A program made the translations under genes and the position numbers. From NCBI GenBank assembly GCA_049324875.1, contig JBMONC010000063.1, positions 5,012-69,011 of the forward strand: a DNA stretch of 64,000 bases, given 5' to 3'. Positions 41,949 through 51,151 of the stretch are shown here, piece after piece. This DNA is from Bacillota bacterium (GTDB taxonomy: Bacteria > Bacillota > Sulfobacillia > Symbiobacteriales > Symbiobacteriaceae). The notes under the pieces were generated by a model. That model searched no databases, had not been told where the DNA came from, and saw nothing but the letters and a program-made list of their open reading frames with translations. Every line of letters begins with the position of its first letter. The stretch's first letter is position 1.

Positions 41949-42944
41949 GTGTTCAAACGGATACTTACCCTGCCCAGCAGGCACCTGGCGCTCAGCATCC
42001 CCCTGGCGCTGGCCCTGGGGCTGATCATCGGCCTCCTGGTCCGGATCCCGCAGAGCCCGGCCCTCACCATGCCCGCCGTCCTGCTGCTGGTCTACCCGAT
42101 CATGATCGGGGTGCCCTGGCGGGAGGTGCTCAAGCTGGAGCCCTGGCGGCTGATGCTGATCTCCACCCTGCTCAACTTCCTGGTGATCCCGGCGGTGGCC
42201 CTGGGGCTGGGCCGCTGGCTGCTGGCGGACCACCCCGCCCTGATGGCGGGGCTGATGATCGCCTCCCTGCTGCCCACCAGCGGCATGACCATCTCCTGGA
42301 CGGTGATCAGCGGCGGCAACGTCCCGGCGGCGGTCCGCATCACCGTGATCAGCCTGCTGGCCGGCTCGCTGCTGATGCCCTTCTACCTGCTGGGGATGCT
42401 GGGGCAGGCGGTCCCCGTGGAGACCGGCCCCATGCTGGCCCGGGTGGGCATGACGGTGATCCTCCCCATGATCCTGGGCACCATCACCTACCGGCTGCTG
42501 CTGAAGCGGTACACCCCCCAGCAGTTCCAGAACCAGATCAAGCCGCTGCTCTCGCCGATCAGCGTCTGGGCGATGCTCTATATCATCTTCATGTCCACCG
42601 CCTCCCGGGCGCAGCACCTGCTGGCCGACCCGAAGGCGCTGGCCTCCGGGGCAGCCACCCTGCTGCTGCTCTACGGGGTCAACTTCACCCTCTCGACCCT
42701 GGCGGGCCGCTGGTTCCTGGACCGGGCCGACGCCTACACCCTTGTCTACACCACGGTGCTGCGCAACCTCTCCATCGCCCTGGGGATGGCGCTGGCCATC
42801 TTTGGGGCGCAGGCCGCCTTCATTATTACGTTGGCCTTCATCCTCCAGGTCCAGGCAGCTGCCTGGTATGACAAGGCAGCCAAGCACTTCGGCTTCTTTG
42901 AGCGGGCGGTGCCGCAGCCCAAGGCCGTCGGCGGGAACGATTGA
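41949..42944 (+). CDS. Bile acid:Na+ symporter / ACR3 family transporter
   Basis: About 10 hydrophobic segments with family-like blocks (LLNFLVIPAVALGLG, LMIASLLPTSGMTISWTVISGGN). I place the start at GTG 41949 (GAGGAGGAG 6 nt upstream) because ATG 41916 overlaps the putative -10 box. Confidence 0.7.
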   Translation: MFKRILTLPSRHLALSIPLALALGLIIGLLVRIPQSPALTMPAVLLLVYPIMIGVPWREVLKLEPWRLMLISTLLNFLVIPAVALGLGRWLLADHPALMAGLMIASLLPTSGMTISWTVISGGNVPAAVRITVISLLAGSLLMPFYLLGMLGQAVPVETGPMLARVGMTVILPMILGTITYRLLLKRYTPQQFQNQIKPLLSPISVWAMLYIIFMSTASRAQHLLADPKALASGAATLLLLYGVNFTLSTLAGRWFLDRADAYTLVYTTVLRNLSIALGMALAIFGAQAAFIITLAFILQVQAAAWYDKAAKHFGFFERAVPQPKAVGGND

Positions 42945-43037
42945 GCAAGGCGGAGGGGTGCATCCCCTCCGCCCGTAGGATTTTGGGGGCGAAACGTCCA
43001 ATATGCGAAGGGACTACTTCGTGGAGGAGTGACCCCA

Positions 43038-43742
43038 TTGTCCGCCCCCTCGTCCTCGTTTCTCCTGCCCCCTGCCACCTTTCGGGCGGGCTTCAAGGCG
43101 GCGAGCCCCATCGTGCTGGGCTACCTGCCCATCGGTTTCGCCTTCGGGGTGCTGGCCCGCACCGCCGGCCTCTCCGTCGCCGAGGTCGCCCTCATGTCGC
43201 TGACCGTCTACGCCGGCTCCTCCCAGTTCATCGGGGTGAACATGCTGGCGGCGGGCGCTGCGGCGCCGGCCATCATCTCCACCACCTTCCTGGTCAACCT
43301 GCGGCACCTGCTTCTCAGCACAGCGCTCCTGCCCTCCTTCAAGGAGAACAGGCCCTGGCAGAACGCCCTGCTCTCCTACGGCATCACCGACGAGACCTTC
43401 GCCATCAACGCCTCGGTGCTGCAGGGGCGGCCCATCGGCCCGAGCTTCGTCGCCGGGCTGCACGTCACCGCCCAGTCCTCCTGGGTACTCGCCTCCGCCA
43501 TGGGCGCCCTGGTAGGGCAGATGGCCGGCAACCACGAAGCGCTGGGGCTGGATTTCGCCCTCTCGGCCATGTTCATCGGGCTCCTGATGCCCCACCTGCG
43601 GGGCGATGGCGCCTCCCGGCGGCGGGTCGCTGCCGTGGTGGCGGCGGTGGTCGCCGTGGTGATGGCGCTGTTCGGCCTCGCCAACTGGGGGATCATCATC
43701 GCCACGGTGCTGGCGGCCACGGTGGGGGTGATGCTGCGGTGA
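43038..43742 (+). CDS. azlC: Branched-chain amino acid exporter subunit AzlC
   Basis: FRAGFKAASPIVLGYLPIGFAFGVLA...SLTVYAGSSQF is the AzlC pattern. TTG 43038 (GGAGGA 8 nt upstream) is preferred; GTG 43029 abuts the SD. Confidence 0.8.
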   Translation: MSAPSSSFLLPPATFRAGFKAASPIVLGYLPIGFAFGVLARTAGLSVAEVALMSLTVYAGSSQFIGVNMLAAGAAAPAIISTTFLVNLRHLLLSTALLPSFKENRPWQNALLSYGITDETFAINASVLQGRPIGPSFVAGLHVTAQSSWVLASAMGALVGQMAGNHEALGLDFALSAMFIGLLMPHLRGDGASRRRVAAVVAAVVAVVMALFGLANWGIIIATVLAATVGVMLR

Positions 43743-44068
43743 TGACGGTGCGGCTGGAGATCCTCCTGCTCTTTGGCGGCATGGCCCTGGTCACCTACCT
43801 GCCCCGGATGCTGCCGATCGTGGTGCTCAGCCGGTTCCGGCTGCCGCCGCTCCTGCTCCGCTGGCTGGAGTTCGTCCCGGTGGCGGTGCTCTCGGCCCTG
43901 CTGGCCAGCGGCCTCCTGGTGAAGGAGAGCGCCCTGGCCCTGCCGCCGGCCCACCCCGAGCTGCTGGCGGCACTGCCGGCCTTTGCGGTGGCCATCTGGA
44001 CCCGCAGCCTGATGGGCACCGTGCTGACAGGCATCCTGGCGATGGCGCTCCTGCGCTTCCTGATGTAG
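43742..44068 (+). CDS. azlD: Branched-chain amino acid exporter subunit AzlD
   Basis: 108-aa hydrophobic protein MTVRLEILLLFGGMALVTYLPRMLPIVVLS.... Its ATG overlaps the azlC stop by 1 nt (TGATG). It is only the last 108 codons of track ORF 42941..44068. Confidence 0.8.
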   Translation: MTVRLEILLLFGGMALVTYLPRMLPIVVLSRFRLPPLLLRWLEFVPVAVLSALLASGLLVKESALALPPAHPELLAALPAFAVAIWTRSLMGTVLTGILAMALLRFLM

Positions 44069-44073
44069 ACGAG

Positions 44074-44105
44074 GCCCCACCCGGTCGAGGCCGGGTGGGG
44101 CTTTT
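44074..44105. terminator. Intrinsic terminator after azlD (also faces comEA)
   Basis: GCCCCACCCGG / CCGGGTGGGGC 11-bp stem with a 6-nt loop, followed by TTTT on the plus strand. Confidence 0.8.
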
Positions 44106-44116
44106 CATGCCGGGGG

Positions 44117-44812
44117 CTAGACGGTGAGATAGGGGCGGAGCCGCTTCAGGGTCTTGGGCCCGATGCCGGAGACGGCGGTCAGATCCTCCACCCGCCGGAA
44201 GGGGCCGTGCTTGGTCCGGTGCTGGACGATGGCGCGGGCGGTGGCGGGCCCGATGCCCGGCACCCGCTCCAGCTCCGCCGCCGTGGCGGTGTTCAGGTTG
44301 ACCACCAGCCGCTGCGCCTCGACTGTCGAAGGTGGTTCGCTGGCCTTGACCGGCTTGTAGGTCGCCTCCCGGGCCTCCGGGGGCGGTTGGGCGGCGGGCT
44401 GCAGCTCCGCCCGGGTGTGGACGTAGATCTTGGCCCCGTCGGTGACCCGGGCGGCCAGGTTGAGCGCCCCGGGCACGCCCTCCGGCAGGGCGCCCCCGGC
44501 GGCGGCGATCGCCTCGTGGACCCGGGCGCCCTCCTCCAGGGTGTAGACGCCGGGACGCTGAACGGCCCCCTCCACATGCACCTGGATCTGCTGCTTCGGC
44601 GGGGGCGGGACCGGGGCTGGCACCGTGACGGAAGCCGGCAGCGCTTCGCCCCCATCGCTGCTCAGCGCCGGGGAGGGCGCTTCGCTGGCCAGCGCTGCCA
44701 GCTGGGCCCGCCGGTCGGCATGGTAGGCCTTCACGGAGCCCCAGGCCAGACCGACCAGGAACAGGACGAGCAGTGCGAAGGCCGCAAAGCGCGCGGCTGG
44801 ACTGAACTCCAT
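44117..44812 (-). CDS. comEA: Competence protein ComEA (membrane-anchored DNA-binding, SLBB + HhH)
   Basis: N-terminal TM (FAAFALLVLFLVGLAWG), SLBB-like IQVHVEGAVQRPGVYTLEEGARVHEAIAAAGG, and the C-terminal helix-hairpin-helix pair VNLNTATAAELERVPGIGPATARAIV...VSGIGPKTLKRL. ATG 44812 is preferred to TTG 44827. Confidence 0.85.
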   Translation of the reverse strand: MEFSPAARFAAFALLVLFLVGLAWGSVKAYHADRRAQLAALASEAPSPALSSDGGEALPASVTVPAPVPPPPKQQIQVHVEGAVQRPGVYTLEEGARVHEAIAAAGGALPEGVPGALNLAARVTDGAKIYVHTRAELQPAAQPPPEAREATYKPVKASEPPSTVEAQRLVVNLNTATAAELERVPGIGPATARAIVQHRTKHGPFRRVEDLTAVSGIGPKTLKRLRPYLTV

Positions 44813-44862
44813 CCCCCTCACCCCCAATGAGGGGGGTTCGACGTTATTCCATATTTTTCCTG

Positions 44863-45585
44863 CTAGTGGACCCGATCCTCCTCCAGCATCTGATCCGCGG
44901 GAATCAGAAGCGCCTCCAGCTTATCGACGCCGGGGATCTTGTGCATGGCGGTCTTGATCCGGCTCTTGTCCTCCCGGGTGGGAACCAGCCCCTTGACGAA
45001 GAGCACACCGGCATCGCAGTAGACCTCGAAGAGCTGGTGGTCATAGCCCATCTGGTCCAGGAGCCGCTCGGCGGCCCGGGAGACGTCGGCATCATCCTCC
45101 TTCTCCCCCTCGCCGACCTTCACCCGCAGGACCTTGACCTCCTTGACGCCGGGCACCTGCTCGGCGATCCGAACCGCCTCCCGGACATCGCCGTGGCTGC
45201 CGGCGTGGCCGACCAGCGTGACCACCCCCTTGTGGACCCGGGCGCCGATGTTCCGGTACTCCGGGAACTTGGTGATCCGCTCGGTGACCGCCGCCACCAG
45301 CTCCTTGTCGCTGAAGACCTCCTCGTTGGCCACGGTGATATCGTTCTCGATGCGGCGGACGCCCGGGATCTTCCGGACGATCTCCTCGGCCGCGGTCTTG
45401 TGGGAGAGGGCATCCACCACACCGTGGAGCCGGACCCAGCCGTCCTCCGCCGAGACCTTGATATCGATGCCCGCCGATTCGGTCTGGGTCAGAAGGGCGT
45501 CCTTGACCTCCTTCATCAGGTGGAGGTCGTGGTTGAACGGCTCCGGACGGTCCTGGTTCACACTCTGGTGCTCAGCCATCTGCAT
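44863..45585 (-). CDS. Triple BON-domain protein (OsmY-like)
   Basis: Three BON modules (..VSAEDGWVRLHGVVDALSHKTAAEEIVRKIPGVRRIEN; ARVHKGVVTLVGHAGSHGDVREAVRIAEQVPGVKEVK; VYCDAGVLFVKGLVPTREDKSRIKTAMHKIPGVDKLE). The start is ATG 45585 or 45579 (AGGAGG upstream). Confidence 0.75.
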   Translation of the reverse strand: MQMAEHQSVNQDRPEPFNHDLHLMKEVKDALLTQTESAGIDIKVSAEDGWVRLHGVVDALSHKTAAEEIVRKIPGVRRIENDITVANEEVFSDKELVAAVTERITKFPEYRNIGARVHKGVVTLVGHAGSHGDVREAVRIAEQVPGVKEVKVLRVKVGEGEKEDDADVSRAAERLLDQMGYDHQLFEVYCDAGVLFVKGLVPTREDKSRIKTAMHKIPGVDKLEALLIPADQMLEEDRVH

Positions 45586-45710
45586 CCGCCTCCTGCTGGA
45601 TTTGCTCGGCGCTAGTCTCCCCCATTTTGCCCGGACGGAGTCGAAGGGCGCGCCCATGCAGGAAAAGACCGCCCTGTCGGGGGCGGTCCTCTGCCTCTGG
45701 CAGCGGATGG

Positions 45711-46481
45711 CTACGGGGCGGGGGCAGCGCCGCCTTGAACGGCGGCCCGGGCGGCCTGGAACTCCTCCAGCGTGGCAGTCTGCACCGGTGCGGCCGGCCT
45801 GCCCGGCGACTTCAGCTGGGCGAGCAGCCCCGCCCGCTGCTCCGGGCTCAGCTGGGAGGGACCCTTCTGGATCAGCTTCTTCGTAAAGGAGTCGGAGCGG
45901 TTGGCGAAGTTCTCAGCCACAGCGGCGACCGGCCCGATCCCCCGGGCGAAGGTGAAGGTGAGCAGCTCCCGGCGGTTGAGCACGGTCAGGTTCCAGCAGT
46001 CGGCGCTCTCGCCGCCGGGGAGCGGGCAGGGCTCTGCCCGCCGGGCGAGGTGAAACCAGACGGTCTCGGCGCCGCTCTGCTGCTTCCAGACCGCCCCGTC
46101 GGTCAGGGTCGGGGGCAGGTAGCGGAGCATGACGCCGCCGCCCCTGGGGTCCAGCCGCCAGAGCCCCTCCGCGTTCCACTCCCACCGCACGTAGGGGACG
46201 CCCGCATAAGTGGCGATCAGCGCCTGCTCTGCCTCCTCCCGCAGCCACTCCTCCGCGATCTGGACCGGCTGGGCGCCGTGGTCCTGCACCTCCATCAGCA
46301 GGTGCAGATCCTGCTGCGGCAGGAGCACCAGGAAGGGGTCGGGGGCGGGCAGCTCCAGCGGCGGGGGGCTCGGCGCCGGCGGCTCCGGCTCCTTGGCCTT
46401 CCAGAAGGGCAGGCTGCAGCCGGCCAGCAGGGCGGCGCAAAGCAGCCCGATCCAGAGCGGATGGCGGCGGAACATGGGCAT
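45711..46481 (-). CDS. Lipoprotein of unknown function
   Basis: Lipobox MPMFRRHPLWIGLLCAALLAG|C. No recognised domain. Confidence 0.6.
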   Translation of the reverse strand: MPMFRRHPLWIGLLCAALLAGCSLPFWKAKEPEPPAPSPPPLELPAPDPFLVLLPQQDLHLLMEVQDHGAQPVQIAEEWLREEAEQALIATYAGVPYVRWEWNAEGLWRLDPRGGGVMLRYLPPTLTDGAVWKQQSGAETVWFHLARRAEPCPLPGGESADCWNLTVLNRRELLTFTFARGIGPVAAVAENFANRSDSFTKKLIQKGPSQLSPEQRAGLLAQLKSPGRPAAPVQTATLEEFQAARAAVQGGAAPAP

Positions 46482-46523
46482 CCCTCCCCCGGTGAACCTC
46501 CCTTGTTGGACGATTCCGACCGC

Positions 46524-47036
46524 TCAGCCGTTGCGCCCGCGGGGCGGCAGGAAGCGGATCTCCGCCCGGGGCTCCCGCCCCGGCTCCAGGTGGAGCAGCC
46601 CGTAGGAGTGGCCCGGGGACCAGCGGCGCAGGTCGGTGGGGGAGCCGGGGTTGACCGCCAGGGTCCGGCCGTGCCGCTGGTTGTAGGCGCTGTGGCTGTG
46701 GCCGAAGACCACCACATCGCAGGCAGGGAACTGGGAGAGGGCCCGGGCCACCGTGTTGGCCCCCCTCCCCTCGTGGCCGTGGACCAGCCCGACGCGGAAC
46801 CCCTCCAGTTCCAGCACCCGCTGCCAGCCCCAGCGCTCCGCCACCGCCGGCGGGTCGTTGTTGCCCGCCACCGCCACCAGCGGGGCGATCCGCTCCAGGG
46901 GCTCCAACACCTGCGGGACCACCAGATCCCCGGCGTGCAGGATCAGGTCGACCCCGGCGAAGGCCTCCAGCACCTCCCGGGGGATCGCCTTTGCCCGCGC
47001 CGGGATATGGGTGTCGCTGATCAGTCCGATGCGCAC
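46524..47036 (-). CDS. Metallophosphoesterase, YfcE/MJ0936 family
   Basis: VRIGLISDTH, HAGD, GNND, VHGH and FGHSH motifs. GTG 47036 with GGGAGGTG 8 nt upstream. Confidence 0.8.
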   Translation of the reverse strand: MRIGLISDTHIPARAKAIPREVLEAFAGVDLILHAGDLVVPQVLEPLERIAPLVAVAGNNDPPAVAERWGWQRVLELEGFRVGLVHGHEGRGANTVARALSQFPACDVVVFGHSHSAYNQRHGRTLAVNPGSPTDLRRWSPGHSYGLLHLEPGREPRAEIRFLPPRGRNG

Positions 47037-47110
47037 CGAAGCCACCTCCCGCAGAAGCCACCGGGACCGCCGCACCTTTGCGTGTGGCGGTCCCGGCCGT
47101 GATAGGCCTC

Positions 47111-49699
47111 TTAGCCCTTCACCACGATGTTGACCAGCTTGCCCGGAACCGGGATCACCTTGACCACCTGCTTGCCCTCGATCAGGGCCTTCACCTTGTC
47201 GGAGGCCATGGCCACCTGCTCCATCTCGGCAGCGGTGATGCCGGCGGGCACATCCAGCCGGTCCCGCACCTTGCCGTTGATCTGCAGCACGATCTCCACC
47301 GTCTCGGCCTTGGCGACCTCCTCGTCGTACTTCGGCCAGGGGTGCAGGTGGATCGACTCCTGGTGGCCCAACCGGGACCAGAGCTCATCCGCCAGGTGCG
47401 GGCAGAAGGGGGCGATAATCAGGATCGCCTTCTGGATCGCCTCGGCCAGGACCAGGGTCCGCAGGCTCCAGTCCTCGGCGTCCAGCTTCTCCCGGTAGGC
47501 GTAGATGGCGTTGGTCATCTCCATCAGGCCGGAGATGGCGGTGTTGAAGGCGAACCGGTCGTGCAGGTCGGTGGTGATCCGCTTGACCGTGCTGTGGATC
47601 ACCCGGCGGAGTTCCTTGTCCTCCGGGGTCAGGTTGGGCGCCGCCTTGGCCAGCCCCTCGGCGATCTCCTCCTCGGTCAGCGCCCCCATCAGGCCGGCCA
47701 GGTTGCCGGGGTGGACCGGCAGCAGCGACCGGGCGTGCTGGTAGGCGGGGAGGGCGGAGGTGACCATCCGGTAGAAGCGGTTGACGAAGCGGTAGGCGCC
47801 CTCGATGCCGGCATCGGACCAGTCAAGATCCCGCTCGGGCGGGGCGGCGAACATGATGAAGAGGCGGCAGGCGTCGGCGCCGTACTTGGCGATCATATCC
47901 TCGGGGGAGACGGTGTTCCCCTTCGACTTGGACATCTTGGAGCCGTCCTTCAGCACCATGCCCTGGGTCAACAGGGCGGCGAAGGGCTCATCGACCTTCA
48001 GGTGGCCCATGTCCCGCAGCGCCTTGGTGAAGAAGCGGGAGTAGAGCAGGTGGAGCACGGCGTGCTCGATGCCGCCCACGTACTGGTCGACCGGCATCCA
48101 GTAGTTGACGTCCTCCTGGCTCCAGGGCTGCTCGGCGTTGTTAGCGTCGGTGAAGCGGAGGAAGTACCAGGAGGAGCAGACGAAGGTGTCCATGGTGTCG
48201 GTCTCCCGCCTGGCGTGGCCACCGCAGCGGGGACAGGTGGCGTTGACGAAGCCCTGGTGCCGGGCCAGGGGCGAGCCGCCCTCGCCGGTGAAGTCCAGGT
48301 CGTCGGGCAGCCGGACCGGCAGCTGCTCCTCGGGCACCGGCTGGGTGCCGCACTGCTCGCAGTAGACGATGGGGATCGGGGCGCCCCAGGCCCGCTGGCG
48401 GCTGATCAGCCAGTCCCGCAGCCGGTAGGTGATCGTCTTTTCACCGAAGCCCTTCTCCTGGGCGTAGGCGGCCACCTTGCCGATCCCCTCCAGATTGGGG
48501 GTGCCGTCGAAGGGGCCGGAGTTGACCATCAGGCCCGGCTCTACGTAGGCCTCGGTCATCTCCTCGGCCCTCAGGCTGCCCTCGGCGTTCTGGATCACCA
48601 CCTTGATCGGCAACCCGTACTTCTTGGCGAACTCGAAGTCGCGCTGGTCGTGGGCCGGCACGCCCATGACAGCGCCTGTGCCGTACTCCATCAGCACGTA
48701 GTTGGCGATCCATAGCTGCGCCTTCTCGCCGTTGAACGGGTTGATCACGTCGACCCCCAGGTAGAGGCCTTCCTTCTCGGCCTCGTTGGAGGTGCGGGTG
48801 ATCTCGTTCAGGGTCTTCATCTTCTCCTGGAAGGCGCGGATGGCGGCGGCCCGCTCCCCGTCCACCAGCCCCTGGGCGACGATCTTCTCCACGATCGGGT
48901 GCTCGGGGGCGACCACCATGAAGGTGACGCCGTAGATGGTGTCGGGGCGGGTGGTGAAGACCGGGATCTTGTCGCCGGTGGCCTCCAGGGTGAACTCCAC
49001 CCGGGCGCCCTCGGAGCGGCCGATCCAGTTCTCCTGCATGATCCGGACCCGCTCGGGCCACCCCTTCTCCAGCAGCTTCAGGTCCTCCAGCAGCTCATCG
49101 GCGTACTGGGTGATCTTGAGGAACCACTGGGAGAGGTTGTTCTTGGTCACGACGGAGTCGCAGCGCCAGCACCGGCCGTCCACCACCTGCTCGTTGGCCA
49201 GCACCGTCTGGCAGGAGGGGCACCAGTTGACCGGGGCGGTCTTCTTGTAGGCCAGCCCCTGCTTGTAGAGCTGCAGGAAGATCCACTGGGTCCACTTGTA
49301 GTAGTCCTCGCGGTAGGTGTAGACCGCCCGGCTCCAGTCGTAGGAGTAGCCCAGCTGCTTCAGCTGCTCGGTCATCTCCGCGATGTTGGACTTGGTCCAG
49401 ACCGCCGGATTGGCCCCCTTCTGGATGGCAGCGTTCTCCGCCGGCATGCCGAAGGAGTCGAAGCCCATCGGGTGCAGCACGTTGTAGCCTGCCATGCGGC
49501 GGAAGCGGGCGATCACGTCCACGATGGAGTAATTGCGGACGTGGCCCATGTGGAGCTTGCCCGAGGGATAGGGGAACATGGCGAGGGCGTAGTACTTGGG
49601 CTTGCTGGGGTCGCGCTCCACCTTGTAGATGCCCTTCTCATCCCAGGTCTTCTGCCAGCGGGGTTCGGCCTCTCGGTAATCAAACCGTTCCTCTGCCAT
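47111..49699 (-). CDS. leuS: Leucyl-tRNA synthetase
   Basis: MAEERFDYREAEPRWQKTWDEKGIYKV..., HIGH-type PYPSGKLHMGHVRNY, KMSKS, and a CP1 editing domain. ATG 49699 with GGAGG upstream. The 60 extra codons of track ORF 47111..49879 lie in the T-box leader. Confidence 0.95.
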   Translation of the reverse strand: MAEERFDYREAEPRWQKTWDEKGIYKVERDPSKPKYYALAMFPYPSGKLHMGHVRNYSIVDVIARFRRMAGYNVLHPMGFDSFGMPAENAAIQKGANPAVWTKSNIAEMTEQLKQLGYSYDWSRAVYTYREDYYKWTQWIFLQLYKQGLAYKKTAPVNWCPSCQTVLANEQVVDGRCWRCDSVVTKNNLSQWFLKITQYADELLEDLKLLEKGWPERVRIMQENWIGRSEGARVEFTLEATGDKIPVFTTRPDTIYGVTFMVVAPEHPIVEKIVAQGLVDGERAAAIRAFQEKMKTLNEITRTSNEAEKEGLYLGVDVINPFNGEKAQLWIANYVLMEYGTGAVMGVPAHDQRDFEFAKKYGLPIKVVIQNAEGSLRAEEMTEAYVEPGLMVNSGPFDGTPNLEGIGKVAAYAQEKGFGEKTITYRLRDWLISRQRAWGAPIPIVYCEQCGTQPVPEEQLPVRLPDDLDFTGEGGSPLARHQGFVNATCPRCGGHARRETDTMDTFVCSSWYFLRFTDANNAEQPWSQEDVNYWMPVDQYVGGIEHAVLHLLYSRFFTKALRDMGHLKVDEPFAALLTQGMVLKDGSKMSKSKGNTVSPEDMIAKYGADACRLFIMFAAPPERDLDWSDAGIEGAYRFVNRFYRMVTSALPAYQHARSLLPVHPGNLAGLMGALTEEEIAEGLAKAAPNLTPEDKELRRVIHSTVKRITTDLHDRFAFNTAISGLMEMTNAIYAYREKLDAEDWSLRTLVLAEAIQKAILIIAPFCPHLADELWSRLGHQESIHLHPWPKYDEEVAKAETVEIVLQINGKVRDRLDVPAGITAAEMEQVAMASDKVKALIEGKQVVKVIPVPGKLVNIVVKG

Positions 49700-49721
49700 C
49701 TGTTGCGGAACCTCCTCTGTG

Positions 49722-50006
49722 AATAAACCGTAGCAAATAAAAACGGCCCTCGCCCCAAGTGAGGGACGAGAGCCCGGTTGCTCCCGCGGTACCACCCTGC
49801 TTGGCCCCGCGCGGGGGCCCTGCTCGTGAGGCTGTAACGGGCCAGACCCGGTGCGGACTACTGGTGAGTTCACCCGCACGGCTCAGGGGCGAGAATCGAT
49901 CAGGACCCGCTGCCGCCTTGCACCCACCGGCGGCTCTCTGAAAGGGGTGGCTGATCGATGGGTCCCCATCCACGCCATTATGCCGTCTTCGCATGGAGAA
50001 TAACGA
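49722..50006 (-). promoter_or_regulatory. T-box leader (tRNA-Leu-sensing riboswitch) of leuS
   Basis: The minus strand contains the T-box sequence AGGGTGGTACCGCGGGAG (plus-strand coordinates 49781-49806). A terminator CTCGTCCC-TCACTT-GGGGCGAG plus TTTTTATTT follows (49770-49736). Stem I has an AGAGAG box. The candidate specifier is CUC (Leu) at 49893-49891, followed by a purine. Confidence 0.85.
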
Positions 50007-50011
50007 CTAAC

Positions 50012-50040
50012 ATTATCCCCCATGATGGTGTGAAAGTCAA
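50012..50040 (-). promoter_or_regulatory. Sigma-A promoter of the leuS T-box leader
   Basis: The minus strand reads TTGACT (50040-50035), a 17-nt spacer, then GATAAT (50017-50012), 10 nt after the stop of the upstream gene. Confidence 0.7.
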
Positions 50041-50049
50041 GGCCAGAGC

Positions 50050-51111
50050 CTACCTGTCGATGCGTTGACGGACCCGCTCCGGCGCCTTCGCCCCGTCTGC
50101 CCCCAGCAGGTCGAGGTAGCGCTGGTAGTGAACCTTTGCCTCCTCCTTCCTTCCCAGCTCCCACGCCACGTCGGCGAGGTTGAGATAGGCGACCGCCCGG
50201 TCGGGGGCAAGGGCAACCACCTGCTGGAGGATGGGCAGCGCTTCGGCCGGCCTGCCGTTCTCGGCCAGGAAGAAGGCCAGGTCATTGGCGATGGGAATCC
50301 GCTCCGCCACGGGGATCAGGTTCTCCACCGGCTGGCCCATCCCGGGCTGGGTCGGCTCCAGTAGCCCGCCGTAGACGGCGTTGTACTGGCTGACGCCATA
50401 CTGGAGCGTCTTGAGCGCCAGCGCCGGGTCCCCGGCCCTGTAGCGCTCCAGGGAGGTGGCGTAGGCCAGGAGCAGGATCTGCCTGGGCTGGGACCAGTAC
50501 CCTGGATTCCCCTGCGGGTAGACCAGATCCTTGACGCCGCCCAGGGCCATCAATCCGTCCATGTCCCGGGCGTCAATCAGCGCCTGCCTCTTGGCGAAGT
50601 ACTCCGCCGCCGGATTCTCTGCCTGGCTGCTCCGCCTGGTCAGGCTCTTGCCGTCCCAGCCCAGCTCGACCACCATGGTATCGCCCAGCTGGTTGACGCT
50701 CTGCACCGTGATCCGGTCGGTTGTCGAGGCGATCTGGACCTGGACCGGGTGGACCATCACGTCATCGATTTGCGTAAGCAGCGTCGCCTCCCCCAGGTCA
50801 TTGACGGCGACGAGGAAGAGTTTCATGTCCACCACCGCCGCCCAGAGGCGGGTATAGCCCTCGGGAACCCGACCCAGAGCCAGTGGGTAGAGGCCGGGGC
50901 GCCCCGGCTCCACCCGGAGACCCTTCTCCTTGAGCCGTGCGGCCACGGTTTGCCTCAGCCTCTCCTCATCGAAGGACGGCTCCGGATTCTGCTCCACGGG
51001 CCGGTCCCGCTCGATCGGAGGGCTCGCCTCGCCGACCGGGGGTCGGGTCGGTTTCGCACAACCTGCGAGGAGCAGGAGGGTGACTAGGCAGACAGCCAGG
51101 TGGCGGCGCAC
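50050..51111 (-). CDS. TPR-repeat lipoprotein
   Basis: Lipobox ...HLAVCLVTLLLLAG|CAKP and C-terminal TPR units (AEALPILQQVVALAPDRAVAYLNLADVAWELGRKEEAKVHYQRYL). I start it at GTG 51111 (AAAGGGG upstream), because ATG 51207 would overlap the upstream MCP-like gene by 56 nt. Confidence 0.65.
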   Translation of the reverse strand: MRRHLAVCLVTLLLLAGCAKPTRPPVGEASPPIERDRPVEQNPEPSFDEERLRQTVAARLKEKGLRVEPGRPGLYPLALGRVPEGYTRLWAAVVDMKLFLVAVNDLGEATLLTQIDDVMVHPVQVQIASTTDRITVQSVNQLGDTMVVELGWDGKSLTRRSSQAENPAAEYFAKRQALIDARDMDGLMALGGVKDLVYPQGNPGYWSQPRQILLLAYATSLERYRAGDPALALKTLQYGVSQYNAVYGGLLEPTQPGMGQPVENLIPVAERIPIANDLAFFLAENGRPAEALPILQQVVALAPDRAVAYLNLADVAWELGRKEEAKVHYQRYLDLLGADGAKAPERVRQRIDR

Positions 51112-51151
51112 CGGAATCGACCCCTTTCTGCCACAAGCCGGGGTGACCGCC

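Noticed and set aside
42941-43741. First 267 codons of ORF 42941..44068
   Set aside because: An out-of-frame shadow of azlC (43038..43742). Only the last 108 codons (from ATG 43742) form the hydrophobic AzlD protein.
49700-49879. 60-codon N-terminal extension of leuS
   Set aside because: It overlaps the T-box leader, including its terminator (49736-49770) and the T-box sequence. The canonical LeuRS N-terminus begins at ATG 49699, which has an SD.
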